Under the pieces are notes generated by a model. That model was given only the letters and a program-made list of their open reading frames with translations. It was not told the DNA's origin and did not search any database. Position numbers and translations under genes: made by a program. A DNA stretch of 64,000 nt from Minutocellus sp. GHC0000111. Its lineage: Eukaryota. Positions 21,231 to 29,765 of the stretch are shown here, one piece after another; position 1 is the stretch's first letter, and each line of letters begins with the position of its first letter. Location: positions 930,001-994,000 of the forward strand of contig OZ361260.1 in the NCBI GenBank assembly GCA_977018835.1, given 5' to 3'.

Positions 21231-24200
21231 GCGGGAGGGACGGTGGACATTAATCAGCATAAAATAGAGGATAGTGTGTCTGAATCCACCTCCTCCCCGC
21301 CTTCGTTAGCTTTTCTTACGTCAAAATGCAAACCTCCAACTCAAGAGCCAATCGTCCTCGCAGCAGATACTGGAACGACGGGACATTTTGTCCAGAAGCC
21401 CCAATGCCTATCGTACGATGGCCCTATTTTCAACGTCCAACAGACAGCAATTCCTGTCAGCGTCACCCTTCCGGATAATAGCACAATGACGAACACCCAC
21501 GAGGCCACGCTTCGCCTCCCTGGGGTTTCCCCATCGGCTAGCAAGGCCTATATTTTCAATAATATGGCATCATCGCTCCTGTCGATTGGGCAGCTGTGTG
21601 ACGATGGATGCATTGCCACTTTCGATAAGGATTCGGTAGTCATCGCCAAGGACAATACCACCGTCATTTTGCAAGGTAAACGAGACCCCTCAACGAAATT
21701 GTGGATGGTAGATCTAAATTGCTCGCCCACCATGTCGCCGCTCCCCGGCCCCAACGTCATCCAACATGCTGCCAACGCCGCAATTGCCCAGGAGACGGTT
21801 CCGGAACGTGTAGCCTTTTTACATTGGTGCGCTGGCAGTCCTCAGCTATCTACCTGGTGCAAATCAATCGATGCGGGATTTTATAGATCTTGGCCAGGCC
21901 TCACATCAAAGCTTGTACGTAAGCACATGCCACAGTCGACACCGATGATTAAAGGTCACTTAGACCAGCAGCGCAAGAACATCAGGTCGACCAAGCCCAA
22001 ACGGTCGATGGCTACGCCAAAGTCTCTCCCTGGGGTGGACGAAACCGAGCAGGATCTCCACCCGGCACAACACCAACTGCGCACCAACTATGTCTTTGCT
22101 GATTGTCATGACATAACGGGCCAGATCTTCTCAGATCAGCCCGGCCGTTTCTTGGTATCGTCTATTTCTGGCCACCAGTACATAATGGTCTATGACTATG
22201 ACTCCAACAGCATCTTGGCCGAACCAATGAAAAGCCGATCGGGAACGGAAATGCGCCGAGCGTACCAAACTATTTTCGAATACCTCTCCAAGCGAGGATT
22301 TCGCCCAAAATTGCAACGATTGGATAATGAAGTGAGTCGAGAGCTGAAGGAGTTCATGGAAGAAAAGGATGTAGATTTTCAATTGACCCCAACGCACTCC
22401 CACCGCCGAAATGCGGCCGAACGAGCCATTCGAACCTTTAAGAATCATTTCATTGCGATTCTCTGTGGTACCGATCCCGACTTTCCCCTCATCTTGTGGG
22501 ATAAATTGCTGGAGCAGGCGGTAATGACCCTCAATTTCCTGAGAGCATCCCGAGTCAACCCTCGACTATCAGCGTACGAGCAACTCAATGGCGGCTTTGA
22601 TTTCAATCGCACGCCTCTCGGCCCCCTCGCATGCAAGGTCATCTTTCACGAGATGCCCTCGGCACGCGGCTCTTGGTCCCCGCATGGCGTTGATGGGTAC
22701 TATGTCGGTCCAGCCATGGAACACTACCGGTGTTACAAGGTTTGGATTGAGGAAACTCGGGCGGAACGCACTGGTAACACACTCGTCTGGCTCCCCAAAA
22801 TGATTCCGGTACCCAAAACGTCGTCGGCCGATGCAGCAATAGTCGCAGCTCATGAACTCCTGCACGCTCTACAGAATCCACATCCAGCGGCACCCCTTGC
22901 TCCCCTTCGAGACGAGCATCGTCAAGCTTTAGAAAAGCTCTCCGAGATTTTCAACAGCGTGACCCCAGCAGAATCTGCCACCTCCGCCTCTGATGAGACG
23001 ATGCAGACAACCGCAGCTCCGAGGGTGCTGGAGAACGATGACGACTCCCAACGATTCCGCCTCGGTACCATCGTCGCCAAAGTGTTTGGAGATCGCAATT
23101 ACAAGGGTAGAGTCGTTGCATTTGACAAGAAGTATAAGTACTACAAAATCAAATACGAGGACGACGACGTAGAAGAGATGAACGAGACTGAAGTAGGCCG
23201 TCACCTTGTCTCCAACCCCAACGCTCCGTTACCTCAGCCCCAGCAACCTCCGAGGGTGGCAAAATCCTCCACATATGATGCAGCCACCACTAAAAGCCGT
23301 CGATCACGTCGATCCAACGCGCCACCTCGCTCGTCAGTTTCTTCCAACTACTACAATCCTTTGGCTGCAGCAGACGAGCCCAACGGCGACGATGATGATA
23401 ATCATGACGACGATGCAACCGTCGTAACATCCAATCAAAGTTCCAATGCCCCCACCTCCCGTCGGCAACGTAAACGCAAGTCTCCAACGATCGACACCAC
23501 TCCAACATTACCAGCTCCAGCAAAATCGACAAGCAAGTCCAAACCATCGACCGCCAAACCACCTCGACGACGATCATACCGTCAGCGAGGGTACATTCCA
23601 CATCGGAACCCTCCCCCACGGCCATCATCTCGTCGTAGTACCCACCACGTGGCCAACATGGCAGCTTTCTCGCCTTTACCAAACCTCCAACACTTTGCTA
23701 ACGCCGTCGTCCATCCCGATACTGGTGCAATGCTTGAATACCGCGACCTCCTCAAAACGAACATGAGGGACCAATTCATTCAAGCAAACACCGATGAAAT
23801 TGGACGGCTAACGGACGGCCGAGTTGGAAACAGTGCTAGCATTCCCTCCAACACAATGGCTTTCGTCCACTGGTCCGAACTACCTCGGGGGGAAAAAGCC
23901 ACATACCTCCGCATTGTCGCCGACTATCGCTCCCATAAACCAAATCCCAATCGAGTTCGATGGACTGCAGGAGGCGACAAAATTCATTACCCTGGTACAG
24001 TCTCGACCCCGACCGCTGAAATGTTGACTGCAAAGTTACTTTTCAACAGCGTCATCTCTACAGACAACGCTCGTTTCATGGGAATTGATATCAGTGACTT
24101 CTATCTCAATAGCACCATGCCAGAGCCAGAATGGATGTGGGCGCCAGTAGCTCTCATCCCCGACGAAGTCATGGAAGCCTACGACCTCCATGACAAAGTA

Positions 24201-25415
24201 AAGAATGGTCGAGTATTGGTCAGAATCAATGGCGGAATGCATGGATTACCCCAGGCAGGGTGCCTAGCCTACAATCAACTTGTCAAGCATCTCAAACCCC
24301 ATGGCTATTTCCCTTGCAAGCGTACTGCCGGCCTTTGGAGGCACAAAACCCGCCCAATTACCTTTTGCCTAACCGTTGACGATTTTGGAGTAAAGCATGT
24401 CGGGAAAGAGCATGCAGACCATCTCATTCAGGCCCTCAACTCCAAGTATAAGATCACTACCGATTGGGAAGGCCGACTTTATTGTGGCATTCAACTCGAG
24501 TGGAACTACGAGGCCAAATGGGTGGATCTATCTATGCCTAACTGCGTCAAGGAGATGCGCCACAAGTTCCAACACGACCGCCCCTCACGGCCCGAGCATG
24601 CGCCATATCGATGGAATCTTCCGACGCATGGCCCGGGACCCCAGCTGCCAGAACCGGAAGACGACTCACCACCACTCGACGCCAAAGGCATCAACGAAAT
24701 TCAACAGGTGGTGGGCAGCTCCTTGTACTATGGTCGAGCAATTGATTCAACAATTTTACCGGCGCTCAACAGCATCTCAGCGGAACAATCCAAAGCTACC
24801 GAGCGCACTCGACAAGATGCCAAGAAGCTTCTAGATTACCTTGCAACCCATCCCGACGCAGTCATTCGACACGTCAAGTCAGACATGATCCTACATGTGC
24901 ATAGCGACGCCTCCTGCTTGTCAGCCCCGAAATCAAGAAGCAAGCTCGGAGGGTGCTTCTACCTAAGCTCCCGACCTAAGGACCCGCACCGCCAGCCTGA
25001 CTCAAGTGATCCCATGCCACCAATGAATGGAGCCATCCTCGTCAATGCCAATATCATCAAGCATGTAATGTCCTCAGCCGCTGAAGCCGAATTGGGAGGA
25101 CTGTTTTTCAACATGAAAGATGCAGCACCAATCCGGGCAGCACTAGAAGAAATGGGTCACCCGCAGCCCCCTACTGCTATCGTCGTTGACAACTCTACTA
25201 CAGCATCTGGAATCGCCAATAAAACCGTCAAGCAAAGACGGACTAAGGCTATGGACATGAGATTCTACTGGGTCCAAGATCGCACAGAGCAACGACAATT
25301 CCAGGTGTGCTGGCGGAAAGGAGCGCAAAATTTGGCCGATTATTTTACAAAGCACCATCCCGCCCGCTACCATGTCGACATGCGACCAGTCTACTTACAT
25401 GTGGATTCCAATTAG
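21231..25415 (+). CDS. pol: Copia pol polyprotein (protease, integrase, Tudor-like insert, RT, RNase H)
   Basis: ADTGTTGHF protease; SDQPGRF/RLDNE/NAAERAIRTFKNHF integrase; LTVDDFGVK RT; HSDAS/SSAAEAE/NLADYFTKHH RNase H. Confidence 0.95.
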   Translation, partial: AGGTVDINQHKIEDSVSESTSSPPSLAFLTSKCKPPTQEPIVLAADTGTTGHFVQKPQCLSYDGPIFNVQQTAIPVSVTLPDNSTMTNTHEATLRLPGVSPSASKAYIFNNMASSLLSIGQLCDDGCIATFDKDSVVIAKDNTTVILQGKRDPSTKLWMVDLNCSPTMSPLPGPNVIQHAANAAIAQETVPERVAFLHWCAGSPQLSTWCKSIDAGFYRSWPGLTSKLVRKHMPQSTPMIKGHLDQQRKNIRSTKPKRSMATPKSLPGVDETEQDLHPAQHQLRTNYVFADCHDITGQIFSDQPGRFLVSSISGHQYIMVYDYDSNSILAEPMKSRSGTEMRRAYQTIFEYLSKRGFRPKLQRLDNEVSRELKEFMEEKDVDFQLTPTHSHRRNAAERAIRTFKNHFIAILCGTDPDFPLILWDKLLEQAVMTLNFLRASRVNPRLSAYEQLNGGFDFNRTPLGPLACKVIFHEMPSARGSWSPHGVDGYYVGPAMEHYRCYKVWIEETRAERTGNTLVWLPKMIPVPKTSSADAAIVAAHELLHALQNPHPAAPLAPLRDEHRQALEKLSEIFNSVTPAESATSASDETMQTTAAPRVLENDDDSQRFRLGTIVAKVFGDRNYKGRVVAFDKKYKYYKIKYEDDDVEEMNETEVGRHLVSNPNAPLPQPQQPPRVAKSSTYDAATTKSRRSRRSNAPPRSSVSSNYYNPLAAADEPNGDDDDNHDDDATVVTSNQSSNAPTSRRQRKRKSPTIDTTPTLPAPAKSTSKSKPSTAKPPRRRSYRQRGYIPHRNPPPRPSSRRSTHHVANMAAFSPLPNLQHFANAVVHPDTGAMLEYRDLLKTNMRDQFIQANTDEIGRLTDGRVGNSASIPSNTMAFVHWSELPRGEKATYLRIVADYRSHKPNPNRVRWTAGGDKIHYPGTVSTPTAEMLTAKLLFNSVISTDNARFMGIDISDFYLNSTMPEPEWMWAPVALIPDEVMEAYDLHDKVKNGRVLVRINGGMHGLPQAGCLAYNQLVKHLKPHGYFPCKRTAGLWRHKTRPITFCLTVDDFGVKHVGKEHADHLIQALNSKYKITTDWEGRLYCGIQLEWNYEAKWVDLSMPNCVKEMRHKFQHDRPSRPEHAPYRWNLPTHGPGPQLPEPEDDSPPLDAKGINEIQQVVGSSLYYGRAIDSTILPALNSISAEQSKATERTRQDAKKLLDYLATHPDAVIRHVKSDMILHVHSDASCLSAPKSRSKLGGCFYLSSRPKDPHRQPDSSDPMPPMNGAILVNANIIKHVMSSAAEAELGGLFFNMKDAAPIRAALEEMGHPQPPTAIVVDNSTTASGIANKTVKQRRTKAMDMRFYWVQDRTEQRQFQVCWRKGAQNLADYFTKHHPARYHVDMRPVYLHVDSN

Positions 25416-25463
25416 GACTCTACATGTAGATTCAATGGCACTAGTCATTGATCTGCGAGGGTG

Positions 25464-25661
25464 TGTTGATGCCGTGGGATACGTACGTACGTATACATAC
25501 GTACGGTACGTACGGTGATCAGACCACTGAGACTCAGTGCCCTCTCCTGACCGTTGATCCATGGGCCAACGACATCTCCAATGGCCCATTTTTCATCTAC
25601 GTAGGTCCTATTAACCTCTACTAGCTATATCTATCTAGCTTAGCTTTAGGACCTCTTAGCA
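25464..25661 (+). repeat. 3' LTR (198 bp)
   Basis: Differs from the 5' LTR by 2 transitions and a 4-bp indel. Confidence 0.95.
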
Positions 25662-25699
25662 TTCGCGTGTCTTTACGCGGGGAGCACTTTGGTTGTGGA

Positions 25700-26500
25700 A
25701 TGGAAGCGATGCGCTGCTGGACGTTTTGATGTGCGCTGGTTGGCCGTTTGACGTGCTGGTTGTTGGAAGACATGCTGCTGCTGCGGCGGCGCACCAATCC
25801 GATTGCACTCTTGAATAGTTACAATTAGTTGAAAAATATTTAAAGATTCACATAGAGGAGTGGTGTAGCAGCATGTCAAAAATGAATGACATGCTTAAAG
25901 AAAATGAAATGATGTTGACACAAGATCCACTACAACAATTGCGCGTCGTGTTCGGTCTCCATTTGTCCCGCCTGTTATTTGGTGGTTCGCGGTTGATGAG
26001 GTTTGATGTGCTGCCGCTGCCGCTGTGGTGTGATTGCTGCTGCAGTTTGACATGCTGGACGTTTTTAGACATGCTGGTCTGTGTTGATGTGCTGCTGGCG
26101 GTTTGATCAGCTGCCGCTATGGATGAGGTTTGATGTGCTGCGGGTGGTCTGATGTGCTTCGGCTTGACATGCTGGACGGTTTGACATGCTGCCGCGGTTG
26201 ATGAGGTTTGATGTGCTGCCGCTGCCGCTGTGGTTTGATTAATGCTGCGGCTTGACATGCTGGACGTTTTTAGACATGCTGGTCCATGCTTGGCGTTTTG
26301 ATGTGCTGGTCGATTTCTTGATATTTGATGACATGCGGGTAGAATTGATTTGCTGCGGTTCGATACGCTGAACGTTTTGACATGCTGCGGGTGGTGAGTA
26401 TGGTTTGATGTGCCGCTGCGGTTTGATTGCTGCTGCGGCTTGACATGCTGGTTGTTTTGACATGCTGCGGATTTGATGAGGCCGATTTGACATGCTGGCG
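25700..26500. repeat. Degenerate tandem repeat array (core TTTGA-[TGTG/CATG/CGTG]-CTG), TpA-depleted
   Basis: Many irregularly spaced copies of ttgatgtgctg / ttgacatgctg. Confidence 0.8.
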
Positions 26501-26592
26501 CGTGACTCATTGAATCTGAAGCACTCCCTTTTAAAATACAAAAAGTCAAATCCAAACTTTCCCCACGACGGGGAGTACCTGCTTCCACTTGT

Positions 26593-26667
26593 GAGATCTT
26601 TGTTCCGAATGCTGGCTTGCTTTCACTTCACTTTTGAGATCTTTGTTCCGAATGCTGGCTTGCTTTC
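26593..26667. repeat. 32-bp direct repeat
   Basis: GAGATCTTTGTTCCGAATGCTGGCTTGCTTTC at 26593 and 26636. Confidence 0.85.
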
Positions 26668-27149
26668 TAAAATCTGAAACACGATCTGCCTGCCACAGCC
26701 GTTCAAGTTGGCATCGCCTGTGTTTTGCAGATGTTTCTACTACGATGTAACACGAGAGAGAGCAAGCAGCGCCAAAATCGACGGAAATAAGCGTGGAACA
26801 TGTGTTTCTTCGTCGACCTAGTTTATTGCAACAAAAAAACTCACACCCTCTTATTGCTAGATGGGCCGCGCCCACCCTCCAAGCGGTGACGACTGTCTGT
26901 CTTAGAGGGCACCCGGGCCCACGTAGCCACGTCGCATGTGAATGTCGCAAGTGACGTTGCGCCGTTGCGCCTTTCACTCACAACCCACTCGCCACATCAT
27001 CAAAACTGGCGGATGCCATCTGCTCTCAACCTTCAATAGCCTGACTTTGCCGCCGATTGCCCATTCTGACTCCTTCGTCCTTCTTCTTCATCCCAAAACC
27101 ACATTGGAGATACTGGTCCTACTAGCCGCTACGCAGTACCTCGTGGACC

Positions 27150-29765
27150 ATGTCGCCTCCAAGATATGGGAGCTCCGAGCATGTCGTCGCCGACGAGGGC
27201 ATTGATCAGCAGAGGCCTCGATTTCATGTCGCCGTGCCAGCCTCCCAAAAACAAAGACCACGACGAGACACAAACGCAAATGCCGAGAAGAACCGATCAC
27301 ACACAAGCAGCTCAGGTACATCGTCAGTGACCACCAGCCGCAGCTTCAACAGCAGCGAAAGCCGGCACAGCAGCCACGAGAGCTTCAGCGTTAGGAGCGA
27401 AGGAAGAATAGTAGGTAGGGGCGGTACCACTCGTGGCGGCCGTGTCCGTGGCAGGCCGTCCTCGTCAATTACATCATCGACAGCACCAAACATTGATGGG
27501 GACGAAGTCATCCGACGACGCCAGGAGCGCAAGGCACGGTCGGCTAGACTGCAATCGGACCTAGACGATCGGCAACACCATCGGCGGTCGTCGAATAACA
27601 ATCATGGAGACCAAAAATCATCGTCAGAGCGGGGTCATCCTCGCTCAGCACAGATTCCCCTTCGTGTCGATGAACATGCCAGTATCTTAGCAGACATAAC
27701 AGGCGGCGATACCAAGGAAAGAGTGAGAACTAGGAGTGCTAGTAGTAGCAAGAGCAGGCGCCGCTCGTCCATGGAACACATGGAACATGTTCCTACCTGT
27801 ACTCACGACATTCGGAGCAGAAGCAGAAGCGCGTCCCGTCAACGATCAATGGAACACGCTCCTCATGCTTCCTCGGTCAACTCAGCTACACAAACGAAGA
27901 CATCGCTTGCAACGGGCAGAGGCCGGCATCATTCGATGGAATATACTTCGAGGGAAAAGTATCATGCACGTGAAACTGCCCCCTCTCGGTCGACTACCGG
28001 TACTGCCAGCAGACGCCGTGCATCCATGGAGCATCACTTTTCTTGGAGCAATGCCCAAAAGGACACATCTGATATCTGGAGCGCATCATCCTCTCGGTCC
28101 GTTCGTGCTCATACCAAAGAATTGAGGCAAGAACACGGAAATAGTGACGACGTTCAAAGGCGATCTTCCAGCAGCACAAGCAGTGGCAATAGCCGTGTCC
28201 ATCTGCGCGCCCGTCGATCGACGTCGATGGGTCATGGAACTTTGTGCGAACAGCCCGGTGCGAATCACACTGGGATTGAACCCACACCTCCGTCTGAGGC
28301 ATCAAGCAGATACATACGAGAAGGTGCCAACGACGACACTTCCAAAAACACCCCAGGCACATCTAGTAGCGAGAATGGCCCTGGAAGACGACGACATTCC
28401 ATGGGCCATCACCGAAGTGGCCATCCCTCTTCGTCTATGACGGCACCACCTGACTCCGTTCCTATAGGGAACGAACAGTCTCAGCCTGAAAGTGAAAATA
28501 GTTCTAGCAGCAGTCGAATGCTACAGGTCCTTCGTAGGGCGTCGATGCAACACAGCATGTCATTTCGTCGACTATCTATCAGCAACCATCCACCGCCGGC
28601 TGTCAAGGAGGAGGACACAAGCCAGAAGGCCGAGCGCCGAGACAGCATTAATAGCACGTCCAGCTTCCTTTCCCTCAAGGAGGAGATTCTGCCCCCTCGA
28701 ACTTTGCGGCACGATCTAAACTCCAGTTTCCGACGTGCGTCCCTGGAATCGGAACAATGCGAAGTCCCTCCTCCATCGGCCCCGCCGCAGCGCAATCGCA
28801 CGTGGAGCGAGAATATTTCATCAGGTGGAGCCATCTTGTCAATTCTCGGGCAAGGATTTCGCCAAGAGACCGAGGCAACCGAAGACAATAGCGACGATAT
28901 ATCTGTTGCAAGCGCTAGAAGCACCAACACTTCTTCCTTGCCATCTCGCAAGAGTTCTATCTTGTCTGGCTTTATATCCAATCTCGATAAAGAAGAGGAA
29001 GCGCCGTCTTCATCCACGTCATGGCTCAGGAAGTCGAACTTCGTGTCTCACGGTGAGAAGGATGCCGACGTAGCGGTCAAGCTGGCCACGGCGCGGAAAC
29101 TAGCCGACACACTCATTGAGACCAACACCATGCTGTGCTCACAGTGGTTCCAGGGGAAGCGCAATCCGGAGGCCGATTCTCTTTCTCGTGACACCGATCT
29201 CTCTGATGCTGACCTCACGAAATTGCTTCTGTCATCTCCCGAATGTCAGCTTCCCTCAAATTTCAGGATTGCACCACTACCCAACGAGATCACTTCCTGG
29301 ATTGTCTCGCAGGCGCGGACGCTGCCCGTCAGGAAGCAGTTACAACGGCCACTGCCGAGAAGCACGCTCTCGCGTGGAGCCGCTGGACTGAGTTCCTGCA
29401 GCTCATCGGGACCGGGGACGACGTCTTCCTCGACAAGGTGTCACCCCGAGACCGAACAGTCATTCTCGGCGCCTTTGCCCACGCCGTCCGACAGGCCAGC
29501 TTTTCGGGGCCAAAGTTTTCGCGACTGGCTGCGTCGACAGTCCGAGACACCGTCTCACATGCATGCTCGTCCTTCCGGCACAACCAGCGCAGGGACCCAG
29601 GGAAAGACGACATCGGCCAGCCTTCATTCCTTCTACAGCGGCAGTTCCGAGGACACAGCCAGTCCGACCCGGCCGAGCGGCCGGAGAAGGCGATCACCTG
29701 CCGGCTCCTCCGAGAGATCGCCTCCGTCAGGGAAACGGAAGAGGACCGTGCAGTCGGGCAACTAG
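27150..29765 (+). CDS. Chimeric ORF: Ser/Arg-rich low-complexity protein fused in frame to the RNase H C-terminus of a YR retroelement
   Basis: Repeated RRxSMEH motifs up to ~29000, then SWLRKSNF...SQWFQGKRNPEADSLSRD (DIRS-type RNase H end). Confidence 0.6.
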   Translation: MSPPRYGSSEHVVADEGIDQQRPRFHVAVPASQKQRPRRDTNANAEKNRSHTSSSGTSSVTTSRSFNSSESRHSSHESFSVRSEGRIVGRGGTTRGGRVRGRPSSSITSSTAPNIDGDEVIRRRQERKARSARLQSDLDDRQHHRRSSNNNHGDQKSSSERGHPRSAQIPLRVDEHASILADITGGDTKERVRTRSASSSKSRRRSSMEHMEHVPTCTHDIRSRSRSASRQRSMEHAPHASSVNSATQTKTSLATGRGRHHSMEYTSREKYHARETAPSRSTTGTASRRRASMEHHFSWSNAQKDTSDIWSASSSRSVRAHTKELRQEHGNSDDVQRRSSSSTSSGNSRVHLRARRSTSMGHGTLCEQPGANHTGIEPTPPSEASSRYIREGANDDTSKNTPGTSSSENGPGRRRHSMGHHRSGHPSSSMTAPPDSVPIGNEQSQPESENSSSSSRMLQVLRRASMQHSMSFRRLSISNHPPPAVKEEDTSQKAERRDSINSTSSFLSLKEEILPPRTLRHDLNSSFRRASLESEQCEVPPPSAPPQRNRTWSENISSGGAILSILGQGFRQETEATEDNSDDISVASARSTNTSSLPSRKSSILSGFISNLDKEEEAPSSSTSWLRKSNFVSHGEKDADVAVKLATARKLADTLIETNTMLCSQWFQGKRNPEADSLSRDTDLSDADLTKLLLSSPECQLPSNFRIAPLPNEITSWIVSQARTLPVRKQLQRPLPRSTLSRGAAGLSSCSSSGPGTTSSSTRCHPETEQSFSAPLPTPSDRPAFRGQSFRDWLRRQSETPSHMHARPSGTTSAGTQGKTTSASLHSFYSGSSEDTASPTRPSGRRRRSPAGSSERSPPSGKRKRTVQSGN

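Larger units (their letters stand above)
19454..25661 (+). mobile_element. Full-length Ty1/copia LTR retrotransposon (CoDi-like)
   Basis: TG..CA LTRs, 5-bp TSD TTCGC (19449-19453 and 25662-25666), gag then PR-IN-RT-RH order, PPT GCGAGGGTG at 25455-25463. Confidence 0.97.

Noticed and set aside
25700..26500. Repeat array as a CRISPR array
   Set aside because: Units are short, degenerate and irregularly spaced; no unique spacers or cas genes; eukaryotic context
25848..26588. 246-aa minus-strand ORF rich in Q/H/A/S
   Set aside because: Translation of the TpA-depleted repeat; stop codons are scarce because TA is scarce
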